Part shown: piece after piece, positions 40,478-50,302 of the stretch
Layout: each line of letters begins with the position of its first letter
How positions within the stretch are numbered: position 1 is the first letter of the stretch
Origin: a bacterium
Lineage (GTDB): Bacteria > Electryoneota > Electryoneia > Electryoneales > Electryoneaceae
NCBI GenBank assembly: GCA_963669175.1
Contig: OY769902.1
Location: forward strand, 32,001 to 96,000
Direction of reading: 5' to 3'
Length of the DNA stretch: 64,000 bases
Program-made: the position numbers and the translations under genes
Notes under the pieces: model-generated
What the model saw: only the letters and a program-made list of their open reading frames with translations
Told to the model about the DNA's origin: nothing
Database searches by the model: none

Positions 40478-41059
40478 CCTGTAATCGCGGGGAATCAGGT
40501 CGGAATCCCCGCGATTACAGGACGTGCCGGACAGTATAACCACCGTTAAAAATCGTTCTTGGTCCCGAAGGGACGAAACATGAATAGGATGTGCCGGACA
40601 GTATAACAACCGTTAATAGAATCGTTCGGCTGCTCACAAGAATTTGTGCATATTATCGACGAGCACGTTTCGTCAGGTCTTGACGTGATGCCTTTTTCTT
40701 GTTCTTCTCCACAATTTCAGACATCTATCTGACTTCACACATGCCATTTCGCATGATAGATCATCATCAAGCATCACGTTGTGACCTGACGATAGCGAGA
40801 GTGCTGATACCGGTGGCAGGTCACAACGCGACAATAACAGGACGAGAGGTGGTTTCAGTATCATCGTGTATTCGGGAAAACATCGCGAAAGCCGAAAACG
40901 GACCGTCGCGTCAAGACCTGCCACAACATTGCCCGGTTGCACAAATTCTTGTGTGGAACCAATCGTTCTTGGTCCCGAAGGGACGAAACGTGAATAGCGC
41001 GGGTCGCAAGCCCCGGGAAACAAACGACAACAACATTTCCACCCCGCAGGGGTGGCACA
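40478..41059. repeat. Composite cluster of REP-like repeats
   Basis: Hairpin CCTGTAATCGCGGGGA..TCCCCGCGATTACAGG; direct repeat GTGCCGGACAGTATAACnACCGTTAA (40524, 40591); nested IR element ~40633-40952; AATCGTTCTTGGTCCCGAAGGGACGAAAC (40551, 40961); three-hairpin unit 40972-41059. Confidence 0.8.
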
Positions 41060-41364
41060 TAGAAGAGATATAGAAGAGTACAAAACACCCTTTTCATAAA
41101 CAGAAGGACTTTTCCCAGTCATTCCCTCCCTGCATGCGGGGTAGCCCAACCTCGCAAAGTAGTACCACCCGATCGCAGTGCAACCCGGGCCATGCCCGGG
41201 TTGCGCATTTTAGATTGCTGCACTCCACGCAAGCCAGTGCTCCCCGGCAGCGGGTTGTCTGAACTATTATCCGAGAAAGCCGTCTGATTCTTACCGGATG
41301 TGACCTTGCCCCCCTGTGAAATTCGCTTCCTTTTTGTATATTCCCTCAACCACGGAGGAAACCG

Positions 41365-42141
41365 ATGGCTCGGATCATCACCCTGGCAAGCGGCAAAGGC
41401 GGCACTGGCAAAACCACGGTCGCTTTCCATCTCGCTGCAGCGTTGGCGCACCTGGACCGTTGGGTTCTGGTTATCGATCTTGACCCGCAAGGCTCGCTCA
41501 CGTTTGCCTCGCAAGTGCAGGCGGCGGCGAAAGAAAACGGCACCGTTACCGACGTTTTCACCGGTCGAAAAACCCTCGAACAGGTTATTGTACAGCGTGC
41601 ATCCGCGCCTGAAATGCCCACTTTTGATATTGTCCCAGCGAATGGCAGACTGTCTGACTGGGAATTCAAATACGACCGTCCCGCATGGCATTCCATCTTG
41701 AATCATGACTTGGCGCGTGCGAAAGAGAAATACGACTTCATCCTGATCGATTCTGCCGCGTCTATCGGCATCCTCATGATTAATGCCCTGTTCGCCTCTA
41801 CTGAAGTGATCGCGCCCATACCTCCGGAACCCATGGCCCTGCCGGGTATCAACCGTATCCGTGGTATTATGAGAAACGTGGACAGGAGCTTCCATCACAC
41901 GATTGATGAGTTCCGAATTCTCTTGACACGTTATAACGCAGATCGTCCCACGACAAAAACCACGGAAGATCTGGTCCGTGAAAAATTCCCGGACACCTTC
42001 CGCACCGTCATCCGTGATTCGGCCCTGCTTCCGCGCATCACCGGGGATGGCGTCACGGTTTTCGAGGACTTCTATGGACGCAACCAGGCACAGTCCTTTG
42101 ATCAACTGGCACGTGAGCTGATGCGTATGGGGCAGAAATAG
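41365..42141 (+). CDS. parA: ParA/Soj family ATPase (no adjacent parB)
   Basis: SGKGGTGKTT deviant Walker A; IDLDPQGSLT; YDFILID. Confidence 0.88.
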   Translation: MARIITLASGKGGTGKTTVAFHLAAALAHLDRWVLVIDLDPQGSLTFASQVQAAAKENGTVTDVFTGRKTLEQVIVQRASAPEMPTFDIVPANGRLSDWEFKYDRPAWHSILNHDLARAKEKYDFILIDSAASIGILMINALFASTEVIAPIPPEPMALPGINRIRGIMRNVDRSFHHTIDEFRILLTRYNADRPTTKTTEDLVREKFPDTFRTVIRDSALLPRITGDGVTVFEDFYGRNQAQSFDQLARELMRMGQK

Positions 42142-42146
42142 GAATT

Positions 42147-42692
42147 ATGACCCGATCACGCCCCAAAGATGAAAGCCTGATTAACGCCACAGGCAAGAAC
42201 TGGCAATGGTGGTTCGCTGCGCTGGATGCTGCGGGCATGGCGGACAAGGATCACCGCACCATTGTCGCCGAGGTAAAGAAACTGGGCTGCGAAAGCGCTT
42301 GGTGGCAGCAGACGATTACAGTTGAATACGAACGTGAGCGCGGCCTGCGGGATATCCACCAGCGCAGTGACGGCCACTACGAAATCAGCCGTCAACGCAC
42401 CCTCAACCTTCCGGCTGAAGAGCTGATCGAACTGGTCCGCAATCCTGAAAAACGCGTTCAATGGCTGAAAACACCCCTGCCGGAACCACAGGAGAAAATC
42501 CTTTCCGGAAACCCGCTGTTCATCTTCCCCTGGCCGGGTGGACACAGTTCGCTGTATGTCGTTGTCGAGGCCAAAGGCGAGACCAAAGCATCCATCACCC
42601 TGGTTCATCGAGACCTGTCCGGGCCGGAAGAATGTGAGGCGATCAAACCCTTCTGGAACGAAGTCGCAGAGAAACTGAAACAAGTAATTTGA
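42147..42692 (+). CDS. Conserved hypothetical protein (DUF4287-like N terminus, SRPBCC-like C terminus)
   Basis: ATGKNWQWWFAALD...WWQQTITVEYERERGLR; ITLVHRDL...IKPFW. Family recalled from motifs, not searched. Confidence 0.7.
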   Translation: MTRSRPKDESLINATGKNWQWWFAALDAAGMADKDHRTIVAEVKKLGCESAWWQQTITVEYERERGLRDIHQRSDGHYEISRQRTLNLPAEELIELVRNPEKRVQWLKTPLPEPQEKILSGNPLFIFPWPGGHSSLYVVVEAKGETKASITLVHRDLSGPEECEAIKPFWNEVAEKLKQVI

Positions 42693-42772
42693 CCATCACA
42701 TTGGTAATGCTTGAACACAATGACGTTTGCTCTGATTCCCAGCATAGCAGACTGTATCAGCATGCAAATGGA

Positions 42773-42963
42773 ATTCATTCCCGCGAAGGTGGGAACCGAA
42801 GCTTGCGGTGTCCCGTCTGTTTGGGACAGCCGTTATTCCAGTCATGTTGCGATATTACAAGAGGTTAAGTGTTCTCAAGAGGCGCATTACATTGAGAGCT
42901 TTTTGTGCGAGCAACTTGTTGTATTGTCGATACTTGCCTGGATCCCCATCTTCATGGGGATGA
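42773..42963. repeat. Degenerate inverted pair of TCATTCCCGCGAAG-type REP-like palindromes
   Basis: TTCATTCCCGCGAAGGTGGGAACC at ~42773 and GGATCCCCATCTTCATGGGGATGAA at ~42940. Confidence 0.55.
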
Positions 42964-43114
42964 AATTGTAGCCTATTCTGCGACAGTCTGGAAGGCTGGG
43001 ATGAAAGCGTTTTCTTATCTGAACAGCCTGGCAGACGGGGACTTGTGTGCCGAGGCGTATCTACTCAGTAAGCCGTTCAATCCATTGATCATAACAAAAC
43101 CAGCCATAGCAAAC

Positions 43115-43292
43115 TCATTCCGCCTTCAGCACATCCACCGGGTTCCGTTCCGCAGCACGCACTGCGATCCCAAGCGTCGCCAGCAGAGCAAAGACAAGCG
43201 TACAGAGCCCTGCGACCGGAAGCGTTCACCAAGGCAAAGATCCTATTTCGCTTGAGGTTGCGTAGCGCCAGACGTAGCACCAGAAAGGACAT
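43115..43292 (-). pseudogene. ABC transporter permease (FtsX/MacB-type) remnant with large internal deletion
   Basis: N terminus MSFLVLRLALRNLKRNRIFALVN joined out of frame to C terminus VAGLCTLVFALLATLGIAVRAAERNPVDVLKAE*. Confidence 0.75.
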
Positions 43293-43381
43293 AATCCTGC
43301 CTCACCTGTTGTTTCAGGTCTTTCACATAAGACAGGTAATGCAAATGTATTGTTACAGGAAGTCTCCTGACATATAACACG

Positions 43382-43414
43382 AAAAAACGGGCTACCCGAA
43401 TCGGATAGCCCGTT
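43382..43414 (-). terminator. Rho-independent terminator after the C25 gene
   Basis: AACGGGCTA-cccgaatcgga-TAGCCCGTT with a T run on the minus strand. Confidence 0.75.
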
Positions 43415-43437
43415 GAATGTCTTACGCTATCAGACAT

Positions 43438-46400
43438 TTACTTCATGTAGATGACCTTGGACATGGCGGCATTTGCGCCAGCCTGCAGCCTGATGAAGTA
43501 GATGCCGGAACTCAGGCTGTTGTTGCCCAGGTTCCAGGAAAGGTTGTGCTTCCCGGCGTCCATATGACGGTCCACCAGGCGGGCAACTTCCTGACCCATC
43601 ACATTATACACCGTCAACCGTACACTGGCCGCATCCGGAAGATCAAAACGGATATGGGTCGTGGAGTTGAACGGGTTCGGATACGCGTTATGCAGCGCGA
43701 ACTGTGTCGGGACCGCATCAGCCTGGATATCATCCACACCGACAAAGTCAGACGGAGCCATGGTGGTGAAACGAATCGCACGGCCATTTTCAATCGGCGC
43801 GGCTGCTTCCGGGTAGGACAACGCGTAGGTGTATTCGAGACCGGCCGTGTGGCTGTGGTTTTCGATCCCTACGGTTGCACCATTATTGTCCGAATCCACG
43901 TTGCTGACATCATGATAATGAATCTCAATAATGTCATCATTGGTCGGGGTCGTACCATCGGCGACATCCTGCAACACCAGGGTGAAGTCTTCCGGGTATT
44001 CAATGGCCGGCAGCCCGTACTTGTTGTGGCACAGGTACTGGATCAGCATCCGGTTGTTCGCTTCATCGTAGTACGTGTAGACAACATTGAACTCGTTGGT
44101 CGGCGGCTTCAGATCATCCCAGAAAGGCGCGATCACTGTCTGCGGACCAAGCGCGGACGGCAGGTTCCAGTTACGGAAGTTCAACCGTGTGTAGTTCGGC
44201 TCTTCTTCAAGGCTGACCCAACCGTTGGAACTGATCGTGAAGTTGTTGCCGGCTTCGTAGACTTCGCCATAATAGGTGAAGTCGAAGGGCAGTTCCATGA
44301 TCAGGTTTTCATCGTCACGCAGTTCGTGCATGACAGCGCCCTGCATGCTGGACAGATCAAAAGCGGTATAGGTCGGCACGACTTCATCTGCATTCTCGAA
44401 GCCGGTATCCGTATTGTCGTAAGCGAAGTAACCATGACCATCCGGGCCAAGTGGATCTGTGGTGCTCACACCTTCCAGCGCGATCTGGAATGCGCCGCTG
44501 CCCAGGTCGCCTTCATCACTGGAATAGAAAACCGAATAGGTCACGGGGCAACCGCTGTAAACACCCTCAGCAATCTGGACTGTAAACGGGGATTGGGTGG
44601 TAACTGTCGCGCCTGCGGCCACATTGCCCAGGCTGGCTGTGCCGGTTGTCACGGTGACACCGGTATGCCAGCTTTGCAGGGTTACAGATACATTGTTTGC
44701 ATCCATAACTCCTACATTGGTGAAGGTCAGGTTCAATTCTGCCGTATTGTTCGGCATGTAGGAACCACTGGCGACTGCATAACCGTCATATACCATCCGG
44801 ACCGTTTCGATCGGAATCCAGATTTTACCCGAGAATGTTCTGTCGCCGGTTGTGATCTCGGCGGTGAACTCGAGCTCCACATCGTTGGCCAGAGGTTCAT
44901 CCAGGGTAAAGACAAACGGCGTTGAATTGACGGCTGTTGCGCCTGCTGCGATGTTTCCATATTCGACAGTCGCGGTGCTGATTGTCACCAGTTCGTCGTT
45001 CTCGTTCGAAAGTGTTACAGAAACACCTGTTTCGCTTTCAGCGCCCGTGTTGATCAAGGTGAGGTCTACTTCAACTTCATCGCCAACGAAGAACCCAAGG
45101 TTGCCGCCTGAGTTCCAGGTCCAGGATTGTACACCGACACGGTGAGTCGGCTGCCAGACATTGATGGTGTCGATAATGGCTTCGTAGTCAGGACGGGTCA
45201 CGGTGAGATACAGTTCACCGGTCTGCACACCGGCCAGGTTCAGGTTGTACTGGCCCTGTACATCAGTCCAGCCACCATCGATCAGCACCAGGTCGCCGCC
45301 CTGTTCCTGGGTAACCTGCACATGAGCGTCTTTCAATCCCCAGAAGGTTTCACTGTCAGCGATGCGAACATCAAGATAGTTCTGACCGTAGGGTACTGTG
45401 TTGCTGAAGTTGTCTGCTATATGCATGGCTTTGGGACGCCAGCGCCAGACCTGCAGGGACGGGTCACCAATGATGTGGTAAACATGATGGTAAAACTCAA
45501 CCATGTCACCGCTACCGGTACGTGTCGGATGACCGTTATAGATTTCCATCTTTCCGGCAAACAACGCTGCGGAAAGGTTGGTTACGTCATGATCAAAAAT
45601 GGTAGTGAAAGCGCCACCAAGAAGAGGATTGTTAAACTTGGTCTGGGTATGCAGATCTGTCGGCGCCATAACGGTAACTGCGCCGGTTGGAGCAGTTGCA
45701 GTACCGGCAGTGATCCAGGTCGTTGCGAAGCACTTCGTGTTCGTATTGTTCGCGAAGTCACCAGTATTACAGACGAATGATCCGACAATGGGGAAATTCC
45801 ATTCGTTGCTCAACTGATCGACGTTGTTGTTACGGAAGTTCGGGGCAATCCAACCATCCGAGTCGCCCCAACCACGATAGGCCACATACAGCGGACCATC
45901 ATCCACTGAGTTGCGAATCTCGGATTCACTCGCCTGGTAGCCACCGTTCCGCCAGAACAGAGTATCAACAACCAGGTAATCCCAGTCGGTGAGGAAACGG
46001 TTGCGCAGCCACTCAAGGGTCATCAGCGGGGACAAGGGCGGATCGCCACTTTCCGAATAGTTGCCACCGACCAGCGAAGCATGCAGCCAGCGCTGTTCAT
46101 CTGTTCTTGGCACCCGATGCGGGTCGCTTTCGTACTGAACCACGCGACGAGTGGCGCTCAAGGCTTCACCCGGAGTGCCTACCGGCATACGTCCAATCCA
46201 GAATTCCGGGAAATAGTCATTTCCTTCCTGGAAAGTGTAAGGCCAGTCGGTCGCGTCTGGCGCTTCCTGCGGGAATGCGGGATTCTGTATCGTCTCGTGC
46301 GGAATGTTCACCATACCACGGTTGACATCGCCCAGCAGCAATACATACTCGAGCGGCGGATCCAGTGTTTCGTAATATTCAGTCAACTCATTGGAAAGGT

Positions 46401-47163
46401 CCGTATACGTAGGGGTTGAAGCCAGATCATGCACGACAACATGAAAACCACGATTGGTTTTCCACTCGATATACTCGCTGATCTGTGATGTATACAGAGG
46501 CGGCGCAACAATGACCAACGATCCCTGCGTATCGGAAAGCCGTGTGCCCAACTCGTCCAGGCCATTCAGCAGAACTTCCTGGTAAGCCGGCCAGAAAGCG
46601 CGTGAAACCGGACGAGACGGCTCTTCGGCCGGTGTATCCAGCATGCCGGTAACCTCAACACGAACATCCAGCTTCGTCGCCACCCAGGACTGCCCGGAAT
46701 CATCTTTATACACCGGGTTGATCACAAGGGGAGCAACGGTTACATCACGCCAGATACCGGCAGTGCCCAACGAAGCCCACTGCGCTTCCACAGGCGCCTG
46801 GTCCAGGGATACGGCATCGCCAATGATACCAAGCATACTCACCGGAACCACTTCGCCACCGGTTATCACCAGGCGGGCATCACGATTCCAGGGTAAACGT
46901 ACCATGCCTTTGACACTTGCGACGGCATCTTCATCGTAAGTGACGCGTTCTCCCGAAAGGAGAACAGACATCTGGTTGTTGTTCATCTCTACGGTTGCTG
47001 ATCCCGCCGTCCAGGCGAATTCCAGCGCGTCTCCAGTCTCTCCGGCAAAGGACAGCCGTGCTTCTGGCTGAACCGCCGAATCGAGGGTGACCTGTGCCGC
47101 TACAGCGACACCAGCCGCTGCACACAGTGCAAGCATCACCATCACTACGGCCAAACGTCTCAT
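43438..47163 (-). CDS. Peptidase C25 (gingipain) family protein with propeptide, Ig-like domains and T9SS-type C-terminal domain
   Basis: YIEWKTNRGF, EYVLLLGD, TDWPY, PEFWIGRM, YRGWG...FVCNTGDF, YHIIGDPSL; AYPNPFN...SSGIYFIRL. Confidence 0.9.
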   Translation of the reverse strand: MRRLAVVMVMLALCAAAGVAVAAQVTLDSAVQPEARLSFAGETGDALEFAWTAGSATVEMNNNQMSVLLSGERVTYDEDAVASVKGMVRLPWNRDARLVITGGEVVPVSMLGIIGDAVSLDQAPVEAQWASLGTAGIWRDVTVAPLVINPVYKDDSGQSWVATKLDVRVEVTGMLDTPAEEPSRPVSRAFWPAYQEVLLNGLDELGTRLSDTQGSLVIVAPPLYTSQISEYIEWKTNRGFHVVVHDLASTPTYTDLSNELTEYYETLDPPLEYVLLLGDVNRGMVNIPHETIQNPAFPQEAPDATDWPYTFQEGNDYFPEFWIGRMPVGTPGEALSATRRVVQYESDPHRVPRTDEQRWLHASLVGGNYSESGDPPLSPLMTLEWLRNRFLTDWDYLVVDTLFWRNGGYQASESEIRNSVDDGPLYVAYRGWGDSDGWIAPNFRNNNVDQLSNEWNFPIVGSFVCNTGDFANNTNTKCFATTWITAGTATAPTGAVTVMAPTDLHTQTKFNNPLLGGAFTTIFDHDVTNLSAALFAGKMEIYNGHPTRTGSGDMVEFYHHVYHIIGDPSLQVWRWRPKAMHIADNFSNTVPYGQNYLDVRIADSETFWGLKDAHVQVTQEQGGDLVLIDGGWTDVQGQYNLNLAGVQTGELYLTVTRPDYEAIIDTINVWQPTHRVGVQSWTWNSGGNLGFFVGDEVEVDLTLINTGAESETGVSVTLSNENDELVTISTATVEYGNIAAGATAVNSTPFVFTLDEPLANDVELEFTAEITTGDRTFSGKIWIPIETVRMVYDGYAVASGSYMPNNTAELNLTFTNVGVMDANNVSVTLQSWHTGVTVTTGTASLGNVAAGATVTTQSPFTVQIAEGVYSGCPVTYSVFYSSDEGDLGSGAFQIALEGVSTTDPLGPDGHGYFAYDNTDTGFENADEVVPTYTAFDLSSMQGAVMHELRDDENLIMELPFDFTYYGEVYEAGNNFTISSNGWVSLEEEPNYTRLNFRNWNLPSALGPQTVIAPFWDDLKPPTNEFNVVYTYYDEANNRMLIQYLCHNKYGLPAIEYPEDFTLVLQDVADGTTPTNDDIIEIHYHDVSNVDSDNNGATVGIENHSHTAGLEYTYALSYPEAAAPIENGRAIRFTTMAPSDFVGVDDIQADAVPTQFALHNAYPNPFNSTTHIRFDLPDAASVRLTVYNVMGQEVARLVDRHMDAGKHNLSWNLGNNSLSSGIYFIRLQAGANAAMSKVIYMK

Positions 47164-47591
47164 GGGTGCCTCCGGATTTTGGTCCGCCGAATAGCAGAGC
47201 TATTCGGGTCATGTTATGTGAAAACAGACTCTTGTGAACCAACGGGCCGTGCAAATTATGCACGTATTGTGCATAGAGAATGCAAGGAAGCAAGATGATA
47301 AACCAAACACTACGGAGTCAACCAAATCGGCTCCCCTTGGGCCCTCGCACTTCAGTAAAATAGTAACAAATCTATTCATAACAGGTTACGATAAAATATA
47401 AATTGGAATTTCACGAAAACACTGCCTGTGTAAACCTGAAAACCGGAAAATCGCCCACACCTGTTACAAATACGAGCAAAACGTGTGACATCATGTCTCC
47501 TGCAATCCACATGTCTCCGGTGAGAGCATACCTGCTGATGCTCATGAAAGGATTTTCTTGAAGGCAAACCTGATTCTTGTTACCATTATTC

Positions 47592-48131
47592 ATGGCCAAA
47601 TCGAATCGTCGACAAAAAAACCATGCCGCCAACGCCTTGCCGAGACTCTTCCCGGCATATCATGCTGCGCTGGAACAGGCCTTCATGGAAGTAAAATTAA
47701 TCCCCATCGTGGTGGAGCCGGTGGAAACCGCCCGACGGTTAATCATGATCAGGAATAAACTGAAAGCTGCATTGAAACGGACACCGGGACGTGTACGCAG
47801 GAAAGCCGCAAAGTGGTACTGGATCGGAATGCTGGTGTCATTCCTGCTGATTCTTGCTGTATTCACATTAACCCTTCTTTGGGCCGGACTGGACTATCCC
47901 CCTCCGGAATTCCTCCTCTATGAACCCTGGTTTCCGGTAGCCGCTTTCCTGGCAGGATTGCTCGTGGCAACAATACCGGCACTCGCTGCAAACCAGTACC
48001 GCAATGCGCAGATTCGATCCCTCGGTGGCAATATTGCACAGGCATGTAATTCTGCGGTGCTGATCTTCGATGTTGCCGTAGTCAAATCGCTGCTCCACCC
48101 CAAACCACACCCGGATGATGTTGTTGACTAA
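47592..48131 (+). CDS. Hypothetical membrane protein (2 TM)
   Basis: ORF fills the gap between oppositely oriented genes; two hydrophobic segments. Confidence 0.6.
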   Translation: MAKSNRRQKNHAANALPRLFPAYHAALEQAFMEVKLIPIVVEPVETARRLIMIRNKLKAALKRTPGRVRRKAAKWYWIGMLVSFLLILAVFTLTLLWAGLDYPPPEFLLYEPWFPVAAFLAGLLVATIPALAANQYRNAQIRSLGGNIAQACNSAVLIFDVAVVKSLLHPKPHPDDVVD

Positions 48132-48156
48132 AACTGCCCGAATCTGTGCCTGAAAA

Positions 48157-49734
48157 CTACATGTAGCGGTAAAGCCCCAGCGATTTCATAGCGACCAGTG
48201 TCGCCTGGATATGGACGAACATCTCATTACCCAGGGAGTACCGCGCCATCTCCTTGAAATCGTGCGGGCTGAGTCCCAGACGATAGGCATAGGCGAAGCG
48301 AGCGCTGCCTTCTGTTTCCGGCAGTACGATATAGTGAATTCCACGCGAACGAATCAGCTTGCCCATGCGGTATTCCTGCAATGCTTTCAATTCCTCCTTG
48401 CCGCACAGACCGCCCATATCCAGGATCTTGTGCTCACACCTGTAGCTCATCAAGCCAACATCGAATACGGCTACGGTCTGCCCCTCGGGAACCTGTTCAC
48501 GCACTGTTTCCGCCATCTTGACGTGAATCCGGTTCAAATGATCCATCGATCCGGCGTGATACCCGGCCCAGCGTATTCCCTGGGGAACAAACCCCAGCAG
48601 AAGAACCCCGAGAATACCATACAGGACATAACCGGCGACGGGAAATTCACGAAACTTCTCTCGGAATCCGCCCACACCTGCTGCAACCAGCCAAGGTCCG
48701 AAAACCCAGAGCGGCCAGACATAACGCCCCATGTGACTCGGCGTGGGGAGGAATAGATAATAAAATGCCAGGTGCATCACGATGAACAGCGCTACAGGCC
48801 TTCCCCAACGGCTCTTCCATGCAAACACAGCCCCGGCCACCGCCAGAATAAATACCAGCGCCCCCCAGATCATGCCGAATCCAAACCCGGGGCCAATGAA
48901 GTTGACCAGACGTTCCCAGATCATCCCGGTCATGCGAACCATGTGAATCAACGTACGTGGGATGTCCTGCAACGGCGAGGGCGGCAGGTCGATCAACCAG
49001 CGCCTTGCGGCAAGAGTATTGGGTGTACTTCCCGCCAGGAGTGTAAGAATACCATACCCGAAAACAGCGCTTGCAAATGGAATCCCGACCATCAACACCC
49101 TGGACTTCAGGCTTCGCCAACCGTTCTCTTCCGGTATTTCCGAAGTGTTGCCGGGAAGAAACTGGCTTGCCAGCATTGCTAGCGGAAGGAGGAATGTCTC
49201 CGCACGCACCAAGGTAGCCAGTGAAGCGAAAACCAGGGTGCGTTTGAACTTGTCCTGAGCAAAAGCATCCAGCGCCAGGAAAACAAACGCCGCTGCGAGA
49301 AGCGGTTCCATGCCGGTCTGGGAGAGTGCGGCAAGTTGACCAATCAGGGCGAGTGAAAGTGCGGCAATCCAGGCAAGCATGCCCTTCATCTGACGAGCGA
49401 ACCACTGGCTTCCTGCCCAGACTGCAAGCAACCAGCTACCAGTGGAGAAGAACCACGCCACACGATCAGCCGGAATCCCAACTTTGGCGCCAACAGCGAG
49501 CAACATCGTCCACAACAGCGAACTGCTGCCCCCGCCGCCTTCGCCCGGATTCAGGCCAAGTTTGCCCGTATCAGCAAGGTTTTCCGCCAGACGAGCGTGA
49601 ATATACCCGTCATCCAGGGTCAGCAACCACCCGATCCCCTTCACATGCGCGGTCACCATGTACGCCACCACCAGTGCTAGCGCGGCAAGTGTCGCCACGA
49701 TCGGAATCAATCGCTGTCGGATGCTGGGTTGCAT
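48157..49734 (-). CDS. Polytopic membrane protein, probable GT-C fold glycosyltransferase
   Basis: TLDDGYIHARLAENL..G...NPGE...SSSLLW after TM1; GMEP; LVRAE; many TM helices; DVGLMSY...DMGGL. Confidence 0.72.
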   Translation of the reverse strand: MQPSIRQRLIPIVATLAALALVVAYMVTAHVKGIGWLLTLDDGYIHARLAENLADTGKLGLNPGEGGGGSSSLLWTMLLAVGAKVGIPADRVAWFFSTGSWLLAVWAGSQWFARQMKGMLAWIAALSLALIGQLAALSQTGMEPLLAAAFVFLALDAFAQDKFKRTLVFASLATLVRAETFLLPLAMLASQFLPGNTSEIPEENGWRSLKSRVLMVGIPFASAVFGYGILTLLAGSTPNTLAARRWLIDLPPSPLQDIPRTLIHMVRMTGMIWERLVNFIGPGFGFGMIWGALVFILAVAGAVFAWKSRWGRPVALFIVMHLAFYYLFLPTPSHMGRYVWPLWVFGPWLVAAGVGGFREKFREFPVAGYVLYGILGVLLLGFVPQGIRWAGYHAGSMDHLNRIHVKMAETVREQVPEGQTVAVFDVGLMSYRCEHKILDMGGLCGKEELKALQEYRMGKLIRSRGIHYIVLPETEGSARFAYAYRLGLSPHDFKEMARYSLGNEMFVHIQATLVAMKSLGLYRYM

Positions 49735-49888
49735 GTCTCTGTCCAGTTGAATCGTGTCAACTTATGCTTCTATCGCGATACTCGAAAAAGTCCCATTGTG
49801 TCACCCCCAGCATGGAGCAAGTATTTGTCACGACGAAACTTTTTCCTTTGAAGAATATTGTAGGGATTTATATCATCGCATATCTGAA

Positions 49889-50014
49889 ATGTATATCTGA
49901 TATAAATTTCTGCTATGTATATCTGCTATGTATATCTGCTATGTATCTGCTATGTATCTGCTATGTATCTGTTATGTATCTGCTATGTATCTGTTATATA
50001 TATCTGCTATCTGA
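49889..50014. repeat. Tandem minisatellite, 11/13-bp unit TCTGCTATGTA(TA), about 9-10 copies
   Basis: tctgctatgtata x2, tctgctatgta x2, tctgttatgta, tctgctatgta, tctgttatatata, with degenerate flanking units. Confidence 0.9.
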
Positions 50015-50020
50015 ATATTT

Positions 50021-50224
50021 AGCAGGCTTTAGCCTGCTCTTCTTAGCACCCGGCTTCAGCCGGGGTGAAAAGATGTCAACAATAATTCCGAGCGCGCTTT
50101 AGCGTGCTTGCCAGGTATAAATACTGATTCCGGAAAGCACCCTGAAGGGCGCTCACCACTTCTTTATCACCAAGAACACCCCGGCTGAAGCCGGGTGCTA
50201 AAAAGAGCCTGCTGAAGCAGGCTG
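50021..50224. repeat. Symmetric inverted REP-like element (~200 bp) of three nested palindrome pairs
   Basis: Perfect 25-bp IR TTAGCACCCGGCTTCAGCCGGGGTG (50043-67 / 50177-201); outer AGCAGGCTTTAGCCTGCT / AGCCTGCTGAAGCAGGCT; inner GAGCGC..GTGCTT / AAGCAC..GCGCTC. Confidence 0.85.
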
Positions 50225-50302
50225 ATAACTATTCGAATCAACAACAACATGCGTGAACTCCTATATTTCAAGATACAGAATATTCCAACAATATAGAATG
50301 CC

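Noticed and set aside
49889-50014. Possible CRISPR array
   Set aside because: Units are 11-13 bp and contiguous, with no unique spacers; no cas genes in the window.
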